A stretch of 64,000 nt of DNA from a virus (taxonomy: Duplodnaviria; Caudoviricetes). Location: positions 14,100 to 78,099 of IMG/VR virus record IMGVR_UViG_2894352420_000001; one strand, 5' to 3'. The translations under genes and the position numbers were made by a program. Positions 19,425 to 29,653 of the stretch are shown in pieces. The notes below the pieces were generated by a model. That model saw only the letters and a list, made by a program, of their open reading frames with translations, ran no database searches and had not been told where the DNA came from. Position 1 is the first letter of the stretch. Each line of letters starts with the position of its first letter.

Positions 19425-22400
19425 ATGGGATTACTTGCCGGGATTGGCGACTTTGGTTTGGACGCAATACTTCAAGCTGCCCTTGATGCAAAAGTAAAAG
19501 CTGTATTGGCTGCAAATTCAGCTGAAGAATCATTAATTTCAGTGCTAGGACCATTTAAACCACAAAATACATCATGGAATGTATTAACAAATACTCCAAA
19601 TTTATCTGCACTTGGATTAGTACAATCCGATCAAGGAAAGTTATGGATTGTTGCAGTTGGCGGGACCAGTAATTTAACCGGAACATCAATAACGTATAAT
19701 ATTGGTGATTCAGTTTACTGGAGTGGTCAAAATTGGGTGCGTAGGGCATTCACTATATCTTCAAAAAGTATAGGAACCACAGAACTTAAAGATGCATCCG
19801 TTACGCCTAATAAGACTACGTTCTTTACTTACGGTAAAAATTTATTTAATAAATACCTTGTAATAGAGGGATCAGCTGTAAATAATTCTGGAGCAATACA
19901 ATCTAGTCAATCTACGTACTCAATAAGTGGAAAGTGTTCAGTTTTACCTTTAACGACTTATACTTTGTCTGGGAGTATATTCAGCCCGGCATTTGTTAAG
20001 GTTAGGTTCGAAGACGAGCTTGGTAACTTTTTAGGTGTTTACAATGCTAACAGTGCAAATTTCACAAGCCTACCTGCCACTTTTTCTACACCGGCTAATT
20101 GCACGAACCTTATTTTTAACACAAAAACGGCTTCATCTGGCAATTACGACAACATTCAATTAGAATTGGGTTCCGTAGCTACTTCTTACGAACCATTCAA
20201 ACTTAATGTTTCATTTCCTTTGCTTGGGTTACCACTTAATTCGGTAACAAAAGATTCTATATTAGATAGAGTTGTGTCTGCCATAAAAACAGATTTTATC
20301 ATTGCCGGTAAAAATAAAATTGACAAATCTGCAATTGTTGAAAACTTAGTTATTACTGATACTGGCCTGATAAATGCTTCTAATGGGTATTCTATTGTTA
20401 AATGTGAAGTAAAGCCATTAGCTCAATATATTTACAGTGGCGTTATGAATGCTCAAAGTGGGGTTAGAATAAGATTTGAAGATTCTTCAGGTACTTTTCT
20501 TGGTGTTTATAACGCTGTGTCGGCAAATTTCACTACCCTCCCTGCTACATTTACGACACCAGCGAATTGTACTAGGTTGTGGATTTCAACTAAAATAAAT
20601 TCGACTTCGGATTATAATACTATTCAGCTCGAATTGGGGGCAACAGTTACACAATATGAATCTTTTTATTTAGCGTTAGATTCAATTTATACTAATGCGT
20701 TGAGCTCTTTTTCTAAATATGATATTGATTATATATTATCTAAGTTCAGCGTTAAAGGAAAGAATTTAATTGATAAGAATAAAATAATAGAAGGGTTAAC
20801 TTTAAACAATTCCGGGTCGATACTTTCGCTTGCTAATTATTCAATGATTCTTGTAAATGTACTACCTAATACAGCTTACACATATTCTGGAGTAATTGGA
20901 TTTCCTAGTGGAACCAAAGTTCGTTTTGAGCAATCTGACGGAACATTTATTAGCGTTTACAACGCTAATGGCGCAAATTTCACCACCTTGCCTGCAACTT
21001 TTACGACACCAGCGAATTGTACTAGATTGTGGATTTCAACTAAAATAAATTCAACTTCAGATTACAATACTATTCAGCTTGAGCTAGGATCTGTTGCAAC
21101 AGTATACGAAGCTTATAAAATAACTATGTCTTCTGATAATGTTGATTTATCCAGCGTTTACACAAAAGCACAGTCGGATTTAATTTATGGAAAGTTGACA
21201 GTTCCATCTAAAAACTTAATAAATAAAGACTTAATTCAAGAAAATAAGGGTTTAACTAATACAACTGGCCTTATTGTAACACAGGCTGGTTATGCTATAT
21301 GTCCGGCAGTAGTTGAACCTTCAACTCAATATGTATATTCTGGAACGATGGTTCTACCTCAATATGTTAAAATCAGATTTGAGGATGCTTCCGGTGCTTT
21401 TTTGGGACTTTACAATTCGAATTCCGCTGATTTTTCAACGCTCCCTGCTGTATTTTATACCCCTGCTAACTGTGTGAAAATTTACATTACTGTTAAAACA
21501 GTAGGGACTTCAGATTATAACTCAATTCAATTAGAGAAAGGTGCCGTTCCAACAACGTATATTGCATTTGGCAATAAGATACCATCAAGCCAACTTGATC
21601 TTGTTTTATACTACACAAAGGCGCAATCCGACGCTACTTTCGCTAACGCGGCATCTTTTTATACAAAAGTGCAATCTGATTTGCTATATGCAAAATATAC
21701 GATCCAAGGAAAGAATTTATTCAACAAAGCTGCAGTAATTGAAGGGCAAGCTGTGTCCAATACTGGGGCCATTGTTAATGATGCTACTTACGCAATAACA
21801 GAAAAAATTACTGTAACCCCTTCGACAGTTTATACTCTTTCAGGTGCGATAGGCGGTGCGCCATTTATTAAGATTCGTTATGAGCAATCTGACGGAACTT
21901 TTATTAGTGTTTACAATGCGAATAGTGCAAATTTCACCAACCTACCTGCTACTTTTACGACACCAGCCGGATGTACAAAGGTTATAATAAATGTAAAAGC
22001 TAATTCGACCTCGGATTATAATACTATTCAGATTGAGCTAGGATCTGTTGCAACATCTTACGTTTCATTTGGGAGTAAATTAGATGCCTCAAACATTGAC
22101 CTTTCATCGTATTACACTAAAAATCAAACAGATGCAGTCTTCGTAAAACCAAACGTTCCAAGTAAAAATTTAATTGATAAAAGTAAAATAATTGAAGCGC
22201 AAGCTGTAAATAATACAGGCGCAATAGTAAATCAATCCGGTTACGCGATTACCGAAAAAATTACTGTTTTGCCTCTAACATCTTACACTTTATCTGGAAC
22301 AGTTCAGAATCCACAGTACGTAAAGATTCGGTATGAAGATGCAGGTGGTGCACTTTTGGGCGTTTATAACGCGAATTCTGCAAACTTTTCAACATTGCCT

Positions 22401-23204
22401 GCAACCTTTACTACACCTAGTCTATGCGTAAAGGTAATTATTAACGTCAAGGCCGCTGGTACATCAAACTACGACACAGTTCAACTTGAATTAGGTACAG
22501 TCGCAACAGGATATACAGCCGGAATAAATAAAATTAATCCAGATTATTTAGATCTAAGCGCGCTGAATTTAAGCGGGTACGTCAGTAAAGCTTCGTATCT
22601 AATTTGGCAAGGTAAAAAATGGGCTTTTCTTGGTGATAGTATTACTGCCCAAGGCTATTACATTCCATATGTGCAGGCTGTGCACGGATTTACTTGGGAA
22701 AAAGATGGTATTGGTGGAAGTTGTATTGCCCAGGGGAAAGAGGATATTGAAAATGACGGCGTTCATAGAACAGCATTTGTAGACAGAATAGCTGGCATAA
22801 CAGCAATGGCGGCCGATGGAATATTTATTTTTGGTGGAACAAACGACTGGTATTATAATGTACCTATTGGCGTAGTTACTGACACGGTAAAAACTACGTT
22901 TTACGGAGCGCTAAAATATCTGCTAGCCACTTTACAATCTCAAAATGTTGGAAAAACGATCGTGATTTGCACTCCCCTTCAACGTGGCAATAGCCGGGCT
23001 AATTATACAGCTCAGAAAGCTTATGCAGATGCAATTAAAGAAGTGTCCGGGATGTATTCTGTGCCGCTTCTTGATTTGTTTAATAGCTCTGGAATAACCT
23101 ACGAAAATATTGGTCAATTTACCAGTGATAATGTACACCCTTCCTCCGCAGTTGGCGCACCTTACATTGCTAGGAAGATGAATAGTTTTTTATTTAGAGT
23201 ATAA
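19425..23204 (+). CDS. Protein with six tandem ~120-aa CBM/beta-sandwich-like repeats and a C-terminal SGNH/GDSL hydrolase
   Basis: Repeat KNL…LPATFTTPAxC…IQLELG occurs six times; SGNH blocks FLGDSIT, GGTND, DNVHP. Confidence 0.75.
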   Translation: MGLLAGIGDFGLDAILQAALDAKVKAVLAANSAEESLISVLGPFKPQNTSWNVLTNTPNLSALGLVQSDQGKLWIVAVGGTSNLTGTSITYNIGDSVYWSGQNWVRRAFTISSKSIGTTELKDASVTPNKTTFFTYGKNLFNKYLVIEGSAVNNSGAIQSSQSTYSISGKCSVLPLTTYTLSGSIFSPAFVKVRFEDELGNFLGVYNANSANFTSLPATFSTPANCTNLIFNTKTASSGNYDNIQLELGSVATSYEPFKLNVSFPLLGLPLNSVTKDSILDRVVSAIKTDFIIAGKNKIDKSAIVENLVITDTGLINASNGYSIVKCEVKPLAQYIYSGVMNAQSGVRIRFEDSSGTFLGVYNAVSANFTTLPATFTTPANCTRLWISTKINSTSDYNTIQLELGATVTQYESFYLALDSIYTNALSSFSKYDIDYILSKFSVKGKNLIDKNKIIEGLTLNNSGSILSLANYSMILVNVLPNTAYTYSGVIGFPSGTKVRFEQSDGTFISVYNANGANFTTLPATFTTPANCTRLWISTKINSTSDYNTIQLELGSVATVYEAYKITMSSDNVDLSSVYTKAQSDLIYGKLTVPSKNLINKDLIQENKGLTNTTGLIVTQAGYAICPAVVEPSTQYVYSGTMVLPQYVKIRFEDASGAFLGLYNSNSADFSTLPAVFYTPANCVKIYITVKTVGTSDYNSIQLEKGAVPTTYIAFGNKIPSSQLDLVLYYTKAQSDATFANAASFYTKVQSDLLYAKYTIQGKNLFNKAAVIEGQAVSNTGAIVNDATYAITEKITVTPSTVYTLSGAIGGAPFIKIRYEQSDGTFISVYNANSANFTNLPATFTTPAGCTKVIINVKANSTSDYNTIQIELGSVATSYVSFGSKLDASNIDLSSYYTKNQTDAVFVKPNVPSKNLIDKSKIIEAQAVNNTGAIVNQSGYAITEKITVLPLTSYTLSGTVQNPQYVKIRYEDAGGALLGVYNANSANFSTLPATFTTPSLCVKVIINVKAAGTSNYDTVQLELGTVATGYTAGINKINPDYLDLSALNLSGYVSKASYLIWQGKKWAFLGDSITAQGYYIPYVQAVHGFTWEKDGIGGSCIAQGKEDIENDGVHRTAFVDRIAGITAMAADGIFIFGGTNDWYYNVPIGVVTDTVKTTFYGALKYLLATLQSQNVGKTIVICTPLQRGNSRANYTAQKAYADAIKEVSGMYSVPLLDLFNSSGITYENIGQFTSDNVHPSSAVGAPYIARKMNSFLFRV

Positions 23205-23215
23205 AAAATATAACA

Positions 23216-23422
23216 ATGGACTACAAAGAACTTTTAAAGAAATATATAAAACACGTTGTTGATTGTGAATCAACCGACTTTGTACAGGATATGGAAACTA
23301 TTCCTTGGAAAAAGGATGATAAATATCCAAACCAATATCCCAACCTGGAACAGTTAATTTGGACTAAGGAAGAAATTGAAGCAATAGTGGAACTTTCCGG
23401 ATTCGATGAAAGAGAGGCTTAA
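23216..23422 (+). CDS. Hypothetical protein
   Basis: ORF track; co-oriented, fills the gap. Confidence 0.45.
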   Translation: MDYKELLKKYIKHVVDCESTDFVQDMETIPWKKDDKYPNQYPNLEQLIWTKEEIEAIVELSGFDEREA

Positions 23423-23430
23423 ATATTTCT

Positions 23431-24057
23431 ATGAAACAGAACATAAAATTATCTATTCTCGACAACAATGAAGGGCAGATTGAAGGGCTTCCTGCGAATC
23501 CCAGATTTATTAAAGACGCTGACTTCTTAACGCTTCGCCAATCAATCATCGATGATCCGGAGTTTTTGGATATCCGCGAAATGGTGGTTATTCCTTTTAA
23601 TAAAAGGTTTGTCATTATTGGAGGAAATATGCGATTAAAAGCGATTGAAGAAGTCGTTGCTATGCTACAAACTGAATTCGATCAGCTGGTCGAAAGCAAG
23701 CGCCATGAAAGCTTTTTCCTTGACTGGTTTGCTGCAATTACGATGCTGCGTGATAAGAAAGAGGCTCCATGCCGGGTTCTCCCCAAAGACACACCTACCG
23801 AAAAGTTAAGAGCTTACGCCGTCAAAGATAATCTGAGTTTTGGAAAGTGGGACCACGACATGCTTAGCTCAGAGTGGGATCAAAAAGAATTGAAGCATTG
23901 GGGCATGGACGTGCCGAATCTGGTTGACGACAAAAGTGAGGAAGACCCAATTAAAGGCATCAGCAAAAAGCTTCAGGTTGAGTGCGGCGACGTAAACAAA
24001 CTGGAAGATCTTTTTGAAGAGCTGCAAACTCGTGGCTTTGAATGCATTTTAAAGTAA
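23431..24057 (+). CDS. ParB-like N-terminal domain protein
   Basis: PANPRFI…IIGGNMRLKA…KDNLSFGKWD; typical position before terS. Confidence 0.7.
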   Translation: MKQNIKLSILDNNEGQIEGLPANPRFIKDADFLTLRQSIIDDPEFLDIREMVVIPFNKRFVIIGGNMRLKAIEEVVAMLQTEFDQLVESKRHESFFLDWFAAITMLRDKKEAPCRVLPKDTPTEKLRAYAVKDNLSFGKWDHDMLSSEWDQKELKHWGMDVPNLVDDKSEEDPIKGISKKLQVECGDVNKLEDLFEELQTRGFECILK

Positions 24058-24064
24058 GCCACTC

Positions 24065-24688
24065 ATGACAGATCCACGGAGAAAAGATAAACAGAAAGCG
24101 AGCGCAAGACGGGTTATCGTCGCCGAGTGCTATAAGAAAGGTATGACTATCCGTCAGACTTGCGAGGTTGTGATGAAGCAAATGGGACTGGATAAACTAC
24201 CAAGTGTCAAAGCTGTTTTTAACGACCGTCATGCCCTTCTGGCTGAATGGAGAAGTGAAAGAATGAGCGACATAGATGATATGGTTCAGCTCGAATTGCA
24301 GCGCATTGATGACGCCGTAATGGTTCTTTGGGATGCATGGCAAAAATCATCTACCGATCATAAGTCCAAATTTACCAAGCGAAAGGGCGAGTTACCAGCA
24401 GCCGGAAAAGGGAAAGGTGACAAGGAAATTGCATCTGACAAAATAACGACAACTCATTTGGAGCAAGGCGAAAAGGAAGAAATCAACTTTGGTGATCCAA
24501 GATACATTTCTGAAATCCGTTTTCAGCTGATCGAGAGGCGTAAGCTTTTAGGTATGTATGCTCCGGAGAAGAAAGAACTGACTGGGAAAAATGGCTCTCC
24601 CCTACGCGCACCGATAACATTTCTTAGCGCCGAAAATATGACTGACGAGCAGATTGAAAAGTTTTTAAATGATAGGGATAACCACTAA
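24065..24688 (+). CDS. terS: Terminase small subunit
   Basis: N-terminal HTH, C-terminal KKELTGKNGSPL; precedes terL. Confidence 0.7.
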   Translation: MTDPRRKDKQKASARRVIVAECYKKGMTIRQTCEVVMKQMGLDKLPSVKAVFNDRHALLAEWRSERMSDIDDMVQLELQRIDDAVMVLWDAWQKSSTDHKSKFTKRKGELPAAGKGKGDKEIASDKITTTHLEQGEKEEINFGDPRYISEIRFQLIERRKLLGMYAPEKKELTGKNGSPLRAPITFLSAENMTDEQIEKFLNDRDNH

Positions 24689-25880
24689 GGTTTTTGATTC
24701 ACTAAATGCTTCATTCTTGTCTGAAAAATATAATGTGTTTGTTCTGGAAGGAGGTTCCAGAAGTTCGAAAACGCATAGTATTATCCAGTTTTGGATTAGA
24801 TGGGCATATATAAACGAGTCTAGGACAAAGCGTGTGGTGGTTGCACGTTTGAAAGGAACATGGCTAAATGGTACCGTTTATAAAGACTTCATTGACGTTT
24901 TAAAAGGGTACGGATTATATGATCGTAAGTCTGAAAATAAAACCAATAAAATCTACACCTTATTTGGTACAGAGTTCTGGTTTGTTGGTTTGGATGATCC
25001 TCAGAAAATACATGGTATGCAAACTGACGCTTTCTGGATAAACGAAGCTGTGGAAGCTTCAAAAGACTCATACGATCAGCTAATGCAACGTTGTAAGGGT
25101 TTTGCGATACTTGATTACAACCCCAGTGAAGAAGAACACTGGATTTACGACAGTGTTTGTAAGCGCGAGAAAACATGGTATTCGCATAGCACTATGCTTG
25201 ACAATCGACTGATCCCTAAAAATGCCAAAGAACAAATTCTATCATATGAGCCTACACCTGATAATTATAAAAATGGTACTGTCGATAAGCGCAAATGGCT
25301 GATATACGGGCTAGGCAAACGTGCTAAAATTGAAGGTCTCGTTTTTGAAAATTGGGAGATTGTTCCGGAAATACCAAGCATGGCAATTCAGTACCAGGGG
25401 CTCGATTTTGGTTATACTAATGATGTAACAGCGCTGGAAAATGTAGGAATCTGGAAGGGAGAAAATAGTCTGTACATGGATGAGCTGTGTTATAAAACCC
25501 ACATGACTTCCAGCGATATAATAAATACTTTAAAATCTGTAAATCGAAACCGCAAGATTTGGAGTGAAAGCGCCGACCCTCGTTTAGTTAATGAGATATT
25601 CGTTGCCGGATTTAATATTCATGCCGTCCAAAAATATCAAGGTTCTGTAAAAGCTGGCATTGACAAGATGAAATCAATGAAATTATTTGTCACCGAAGGT
25701 TCATTGAATATAATAAAGGAATTAAAAAACTATACGTATAAGCAGGACAAAAATGGCGTATGGCTGAATGAACCTATAGATGCATGGAATCACAGTATTG
25801 ATGGATCTCGATATGTGGTAATGTCTGAATTACTTGGCAAGCCAGAGCCAAAAAGAAATCTTGGAAGTTTTTTACGATAA
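24669..25880 (+). CDS. terL: Terminase large subunit (PBSX type)
   Basis: LEGGSRSSKT, FWINEA, GLDFGYTND, SADP, NHSIDGSRY. Confidence 0.92.
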   Translation: MIGITTKVFDSLNASFLSEKYNVFVLEGGSRSSKTHSIIQFWIRWAYINESRTKRVVVARLKGTWLNGTVYKDFIDVLKGYGLYDRKSENKTNKIYTLFGTEFWFVGLDDPQKIHGMQTDAFWINEAVEASKDSYDQLMQRCKGFAILDYNPSEEEHWIYDSVCKREKTWYSHSTMLDNRLIPKNAKEQILSYEPTPDNYKNGTVDKRKWLIYGLGKRAKIEGLVFENWEIVPEIPSMAIQYQGLDFGYTNDVTALENVGIWKGENSLYMDELCYKTHMTSSDIINTLKSVNRNRKIWSESADPRLVNEIFVAGFNIHAVQKYQGSVKAGIDKMKSMKLFVTEGSLNIIKELKNYTYKQDKNGVWLNEPIDAWNHSIDGSRYVVMSELLGKPEPKRNLGSFLR

Positions 25881-25891
25881 TACACACACTA

Positions 25892-27334
25892 ATGAATTAC
25901 GAAACTCTTAAACAGTGGCTGAATCAGGTTTCTGATACAACCAAGCTTATAAATATTTTGTGCTCCCAAGGAAAGGATTTCAAAATTGAAGATCTGAAAA
26001 AACAGTGGGATGTAAAGGAACACGCAGTAATGAATGAGTCTATCCGTCCTAAAAGAACTGTTAATTACGAATATGATGAATCCGATGGGAATGGTGGTTT
26101 TGTAACAAAAACTGGTACAAAACAGGAGTATGTTAATCGCATCCCTGTACCAATGCAAAAAAACATCGTTGGCAAAGCTGTTACATTCCTGTTTGGTAAT
26201 CCCGTAGATATCCAGTCAGATGCAGCTTCTCCAGAGGAAATATTGGTTCTTGACGCTATAAAAAAGATTCTTGACGACAATAAAACGGATAGCCAAAACA
26301 GAGTAATAGCCAAAAATCTATTCAAAAGTACTCAGGTAGTAGAGATTTGGTATCCTGAACTGAAAGAAGAAGAGCACGAAGATTATGGATTTAAAACAAA
26401 ATTCAGGCTTCGTTTGTCAATTTTTAGTCCATGGGACGGAAGTGAACTCTATCCCTATTTTGATGAAAAAGGAGATCTCATCGCTTTTAGCAGGTTGTTT
26501 GTCATTAAAGATGATGAAAACAAAAATGTTAAACATTTTGAATGTTATACCTCCGATAACTATTATTTATGGCAGAATAATCAGCAAGGCTGGACTTTAA
26601 GTAAAAAAACACCAAACATTTTAAAACGAATTCCACTGGTTTTTGCGGAGCAGGAAGATGCGGAATGGGCCGATGTGCAATTTGCTATCGAAAGGCTTGA
26701 AATTCTTCTTTCTAGTCATGGAGACACCAATGATTATAATGGATCCCCGACGGTTGTCGCAGAAGGTCAAATTTTAAGTTTGGGAAAAAAAGGAGAACAG
26801 GGAAAAGTAATAGAAGTTGAGAAAGGTGGTAAAGTTGGCCTTATGGTTTGGGAAGGAGCGCCGGAATCTATTAGAATGGAAGTTGAAAACATGTTTAAGG
26901 TGATACTTACCTACACCCAAACACCAGATATATCATTCGAAGCTGTTAAAGGAATGGGGGCCATCTCCGGCATCGCTCTACGCTTATTATTTATGGATGC
27001 ACATTTAAAGGTCATGGATAAGCGTGAGACATTTGATCCCTATCTAAAACGCCGTTTAAATATTATAAAATCATTTGTCGGCTCGATGAACGTTGCCTGG
27101 GCAAAAACGGCTAGCAAGCTTAAAGTTGATGCTGAAATTATTCCATATACTATAAAAGACGTAATGGAAGAAATTAACGCCTTGGTCGTTGCAAACGGCG
27201 GTAAACCAATTATAAGTCAGATGCAGTCAGTAAATAAAGCTGGTTTAGTTTCTGATCCAGTTGCTGATTTTAAACAGATCCAGGAAGAAACAACTACGGC
27301 AAACACCTTTAGTATTTCAGGGCCGACGATATAA
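25892..27334 (+). CDS. Portal protein, SPP1 gp6-like
   Basis: 480 aa after terL; SGIALRLLFMDAHLK motif. Confidence 0.88.
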   Translation: MNYETLKQWLNQVSDTTKLINILCSQGKDFKIEDLKKQWDVKEHAVMNESIRPKRTVNYEYDESDGNGGFVTKTGTKQEYVNRIPVPMQKNIVGKAVTFLFGNPVDIQSDAASPEEILVLDAIKKILDDNKTDSQNRVIAKNLFKSTQVVEIWYPELKEEEHEDYGFKTKFRLRLSIFSPWDGSELYPYFDEKGDLIAFSRLFVIKDDENKNVKHFECYTSDNYYLWQNNQQGWTLSKKTPNILKRIPLVFAEQEDAEWADVQFAIERLEILLSSHGDTNDYNGSPTVVAEGQILSLGKKGEQGKVIEVEKGGKVGLMVWEGAPESIRMEVENMFKVILTYTQTPDISFEAVKGMGAISGIALRLLFMDAHLKVMDKRETFDPYLKRRLNIIKSFVGSMNVAWAKTASKLKVDAEIIPYTIKDVMEEINALVVANGGKPIISQMQSVNKAGLVSDPVADFKQIQEETTTANTFSISGPTI

Positions 27335-27356
27335 TTACAAAAACAGAAACAACTGA

Positions 27357-27890
27357 ATGGTCACAAAATTAGGCTACAACACAACTATTTTCGAAGGAGC
27401 AAGGGCCATTATTCAATCTGATCATGTTGCAATTGATATGATCATGTGCATGCTAGGGCGGCTAATCTCAAACGGAACATACCGGGCAGTTTATGAACAT
27501 GCGTTGGATCCAACCAAGGTTATAAAGATTGAATATGGCCACGTACAAAAGACAGACCATGATTGCACAATGCAAAACAGCTACTGCAACATTCAGGAGT
27601 TTCTTATGTGGCGAGAGATAGAAGGATTGACGGGAAAACTCGAATGGGTTAAAAATTGGTTCGCTCTTATTGACTGGATAAGTCCGGGTGGCCATATTAT
27701 GTGCATGGCAAAAACTTCGGAAATGCCCGAGTTAAAAAGGCCTGACAAAATACCACGTTTTATGTGGGATGTTAAACAGGATAATTTCGGATGGATTGGA
27801 GATAAGTTCGTTTGTCATGACTATGGTCATGTTCAAGCGTTTACTTCTTACAGTACAAAAATGATGACACTAAAAGAAATTTGGGATTAA
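27357..27890 (+). CDS. Minimal protein-kinase-like protein
   Basis: SNGTYRAVY (Gly loop), VIKIE (beta3 Lys), NIQE (alphaC Glu), DVKQDN (catalytic loop), HDYG (DFG-like). Confidence 0.6.
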   Translation: MVTKLGYNTTIFEGARAIIQSDHVAIDMIMCMLGRLISNGTYRAVYEHALDPTKVIKIEYGHVQKTDHDCTMQNSYCNIQEFLMWREIEGLTGKLEWVKNWFALIDWISPGGHIMCMAKTSEMPELKRPDKIPRFMWDVKQDNFGWIGDKFVCHDYGHVQAFTSYSTKMMTLKEIWD

Positions 27891-27896
27891 TAATTC

Positions 27897-27920
27897 AATT
27901 ATGGCGAATTCGCCATAATT
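27897..27920. repeat. Perfect 24-bp palindrome
   Basis: AATTATGGCGAA|TTCGCCATAATT. Confidence 0.9.
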
Positions 27921-27931
27921 AAACACACACT

Positions 27932-29653
27932 ATGTCAAAGCCTCGTAACTGGGAAGCTGACCATTTAAATAACGTTGAAGCATTCGCACAAAAAGTAAGA
28001 CTCCTTTACTTCAATGCGATCAAGGAAGCGGTGCGTATGGGCCTGTCGGTAAACTTTAATCCGGATAAGCCTTTTGCTTTCTCAGACTTTCCCGCTTTAA
28101 ATGACCGGGTAAAAAATCTATTCGAATCTCTTTCCGGGAAGATGCTGGCGACGATAGATTCGGGCACTCAGCACGAATGGTTATTGTCTGCATCGAAAAA
28201 CGATGATCTGGTGAATTCAATCATCAAATCTACCAAGTTCCCGAAGGAAACAATCGATCGCTACATGGACCGGAATCTGGACGCCTTGAAGGCATTTCAG
28301 TCCAGAAAATCCGAAGGTTTAAATCTTTCCGACCGTGTGTGGAAACTAACTGATCAGTTCAAACAGGAATTGGAGCTTGGTCTTGATGTCGGAATGGCAG
28401 AAGGAAAATCCGCAGCGGATCTTGCCCGGGATATTCAGTCCTACCTTAATGATCCGGATAAACTTTTTAGACGGGTTAGAGATGCGCGAGGAGTCCTTCA
28501 TCTTTCCAAGGCAGCAAAGGCCTATTCTCCCGGTCAAGGTGTTTACAGGAGCAGCTTCAAAAATGCAATGCGGGTCACCAGGTCCGAGATCAACATGGCC
28601 TACCGTACGTCTGATCATGAGCGCTGGCAAAATCTTGATTTCGTTGTCGGATTTGAAGTGCGCAGAAGTAATAATCCGTTCCCATGTGTGGTTTGCGAAA
28701 GCCTGAAAGGCAGATATCCAAAAACTTTCAGGTTTAGGCAGTGGCATCCGCAATGCCGCTGTAATTGTGTTTCAATTCTGGCTACCAAGGAGGAAATTGA
28801 TAACCTGACCGACATAATTTTGAACGGTGATGATACTTCCGGATTTAAATCAGTCAATGAGATTACACAAATGCCGGAAGGATGGACAGAATGGATATCC
28901 GAAAACAAAGACCGGTTGCTTCGTGCCAAATCGCAGCCCTATTTCATAAAAGACAATTTTAAAAATGGAACCGTAACAGGCGGTCTTAATTTTGCCATAG
29001 GCAAGAAACCGGTTGTGATCAAATTGGATCCAGTTGTTGCCGATCCAAAATATACGCCTTCTAGCATTGGTGAATATGAAAAGAAATACGATGTTAAGAT
29101 CAACCGTGATATTTTCTCAAAATTAAAAAGCGATGTGCCGATGACAACGAGCAAAGCGAAAGGATCGCATTACGATCCGGTTGCCAAAGCCGTCAATATT
29201 AAACCTGATAAACGCCTTGATCAAAGTAAATGGGAGCAAGAATCTATCATTTACCACGAATACGGTCATGCTGTGGACTGGGCAAATGGCATCAGGGACA
29301 CTAAGGAAGTTAAAAACTTGATGACAAAATTCCGAAAGGATTTGCAGGCCAATCGGTCACAGGGATATATGGACTTACAAAATAAATGGAAAGATGCCTA
29401 TATAAATGCAGACAAAGCAGATCACGACACGATTGAAAAAATCGGAGCATTTGCAGATACTCTGATGTCGTTAAATCCTGGATACGGTTTTGGTCATACA
29501 AAAGCCTACTTTGCTCACACAGGTAAAAAAGAAGCAGAGTTTATCGCACATGCCTTTGAGAATAAATTTGCAGGCAATAGCGTTTTCAAGGAAATAGCGC
29601 CAGAGCTTTATGAAGCGATGATTAATCTGATTGACGAGTTCCTGGCTAAATAA
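27932..29653 (+). CDS. MuF/SPP1 gp7 minor head protein with C-terminal zincin metallopeptidase extension
   Basis: TRSEINMAY…CxxC…WHPQCRC (MuF); IYHEYGHAVD…EAEFIAHAF (HExxH…E). Confidence 0.8.
   Translation: MSKPRNWEADHLNNVEAFAQKVRLLYFNAIKEAVRMGLSVNFNPDKPFAFSDFPALNDRVKNLFESLSGKMLATIDSGTQHEWLLSASKNDDLVNSIIKSTKFPKETIDRYMDRNLDALKAFQSRKSEGLNLSDRVWKLTDQFKQELELGLDVGMAEGKSAADLARDIQSYLNDPDKLFRRVRDARGVLHLSKAAKAYSPGQGVYRSSFKNAMRVTRSEINMAYRTSDHERWQNLDFVVGFEVRRSNNPFPCVVCESLKGRYPKTFRFRQWHPQCRCNCVSILATKEEIDNLTDIILNGDDTSGFKSVNEITQMPEGWTEWISENKDRLLRAKSQPYFIKDNFKNGTVTGGLNFAIGKKPVVIKLDPVVADPKYTPSSIGEYEKKYDVKINRDIFSKLKSDVPMTTSKAKGSHYDPVAKAVNIKPDKRLDQSKWEQESIIYHEYGHAVDWANGIRDTKEVKNLMTKFRKDLQANRSQGYMDLQNKWKDAYINADKADHDTIEKIGAFADTLMSLNPGYGFGHTKAYFAHTGKKEAEFIAHAFENKFAGNSVFKEIAPELYEAMINLIDEFLAK

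Noticed and set aside
4587-27931. (CA)n tracts as phase-variable microsatellites
   Set aside because: Tracts are only 3-5 units and intergenic; a positional initiation signal fits better
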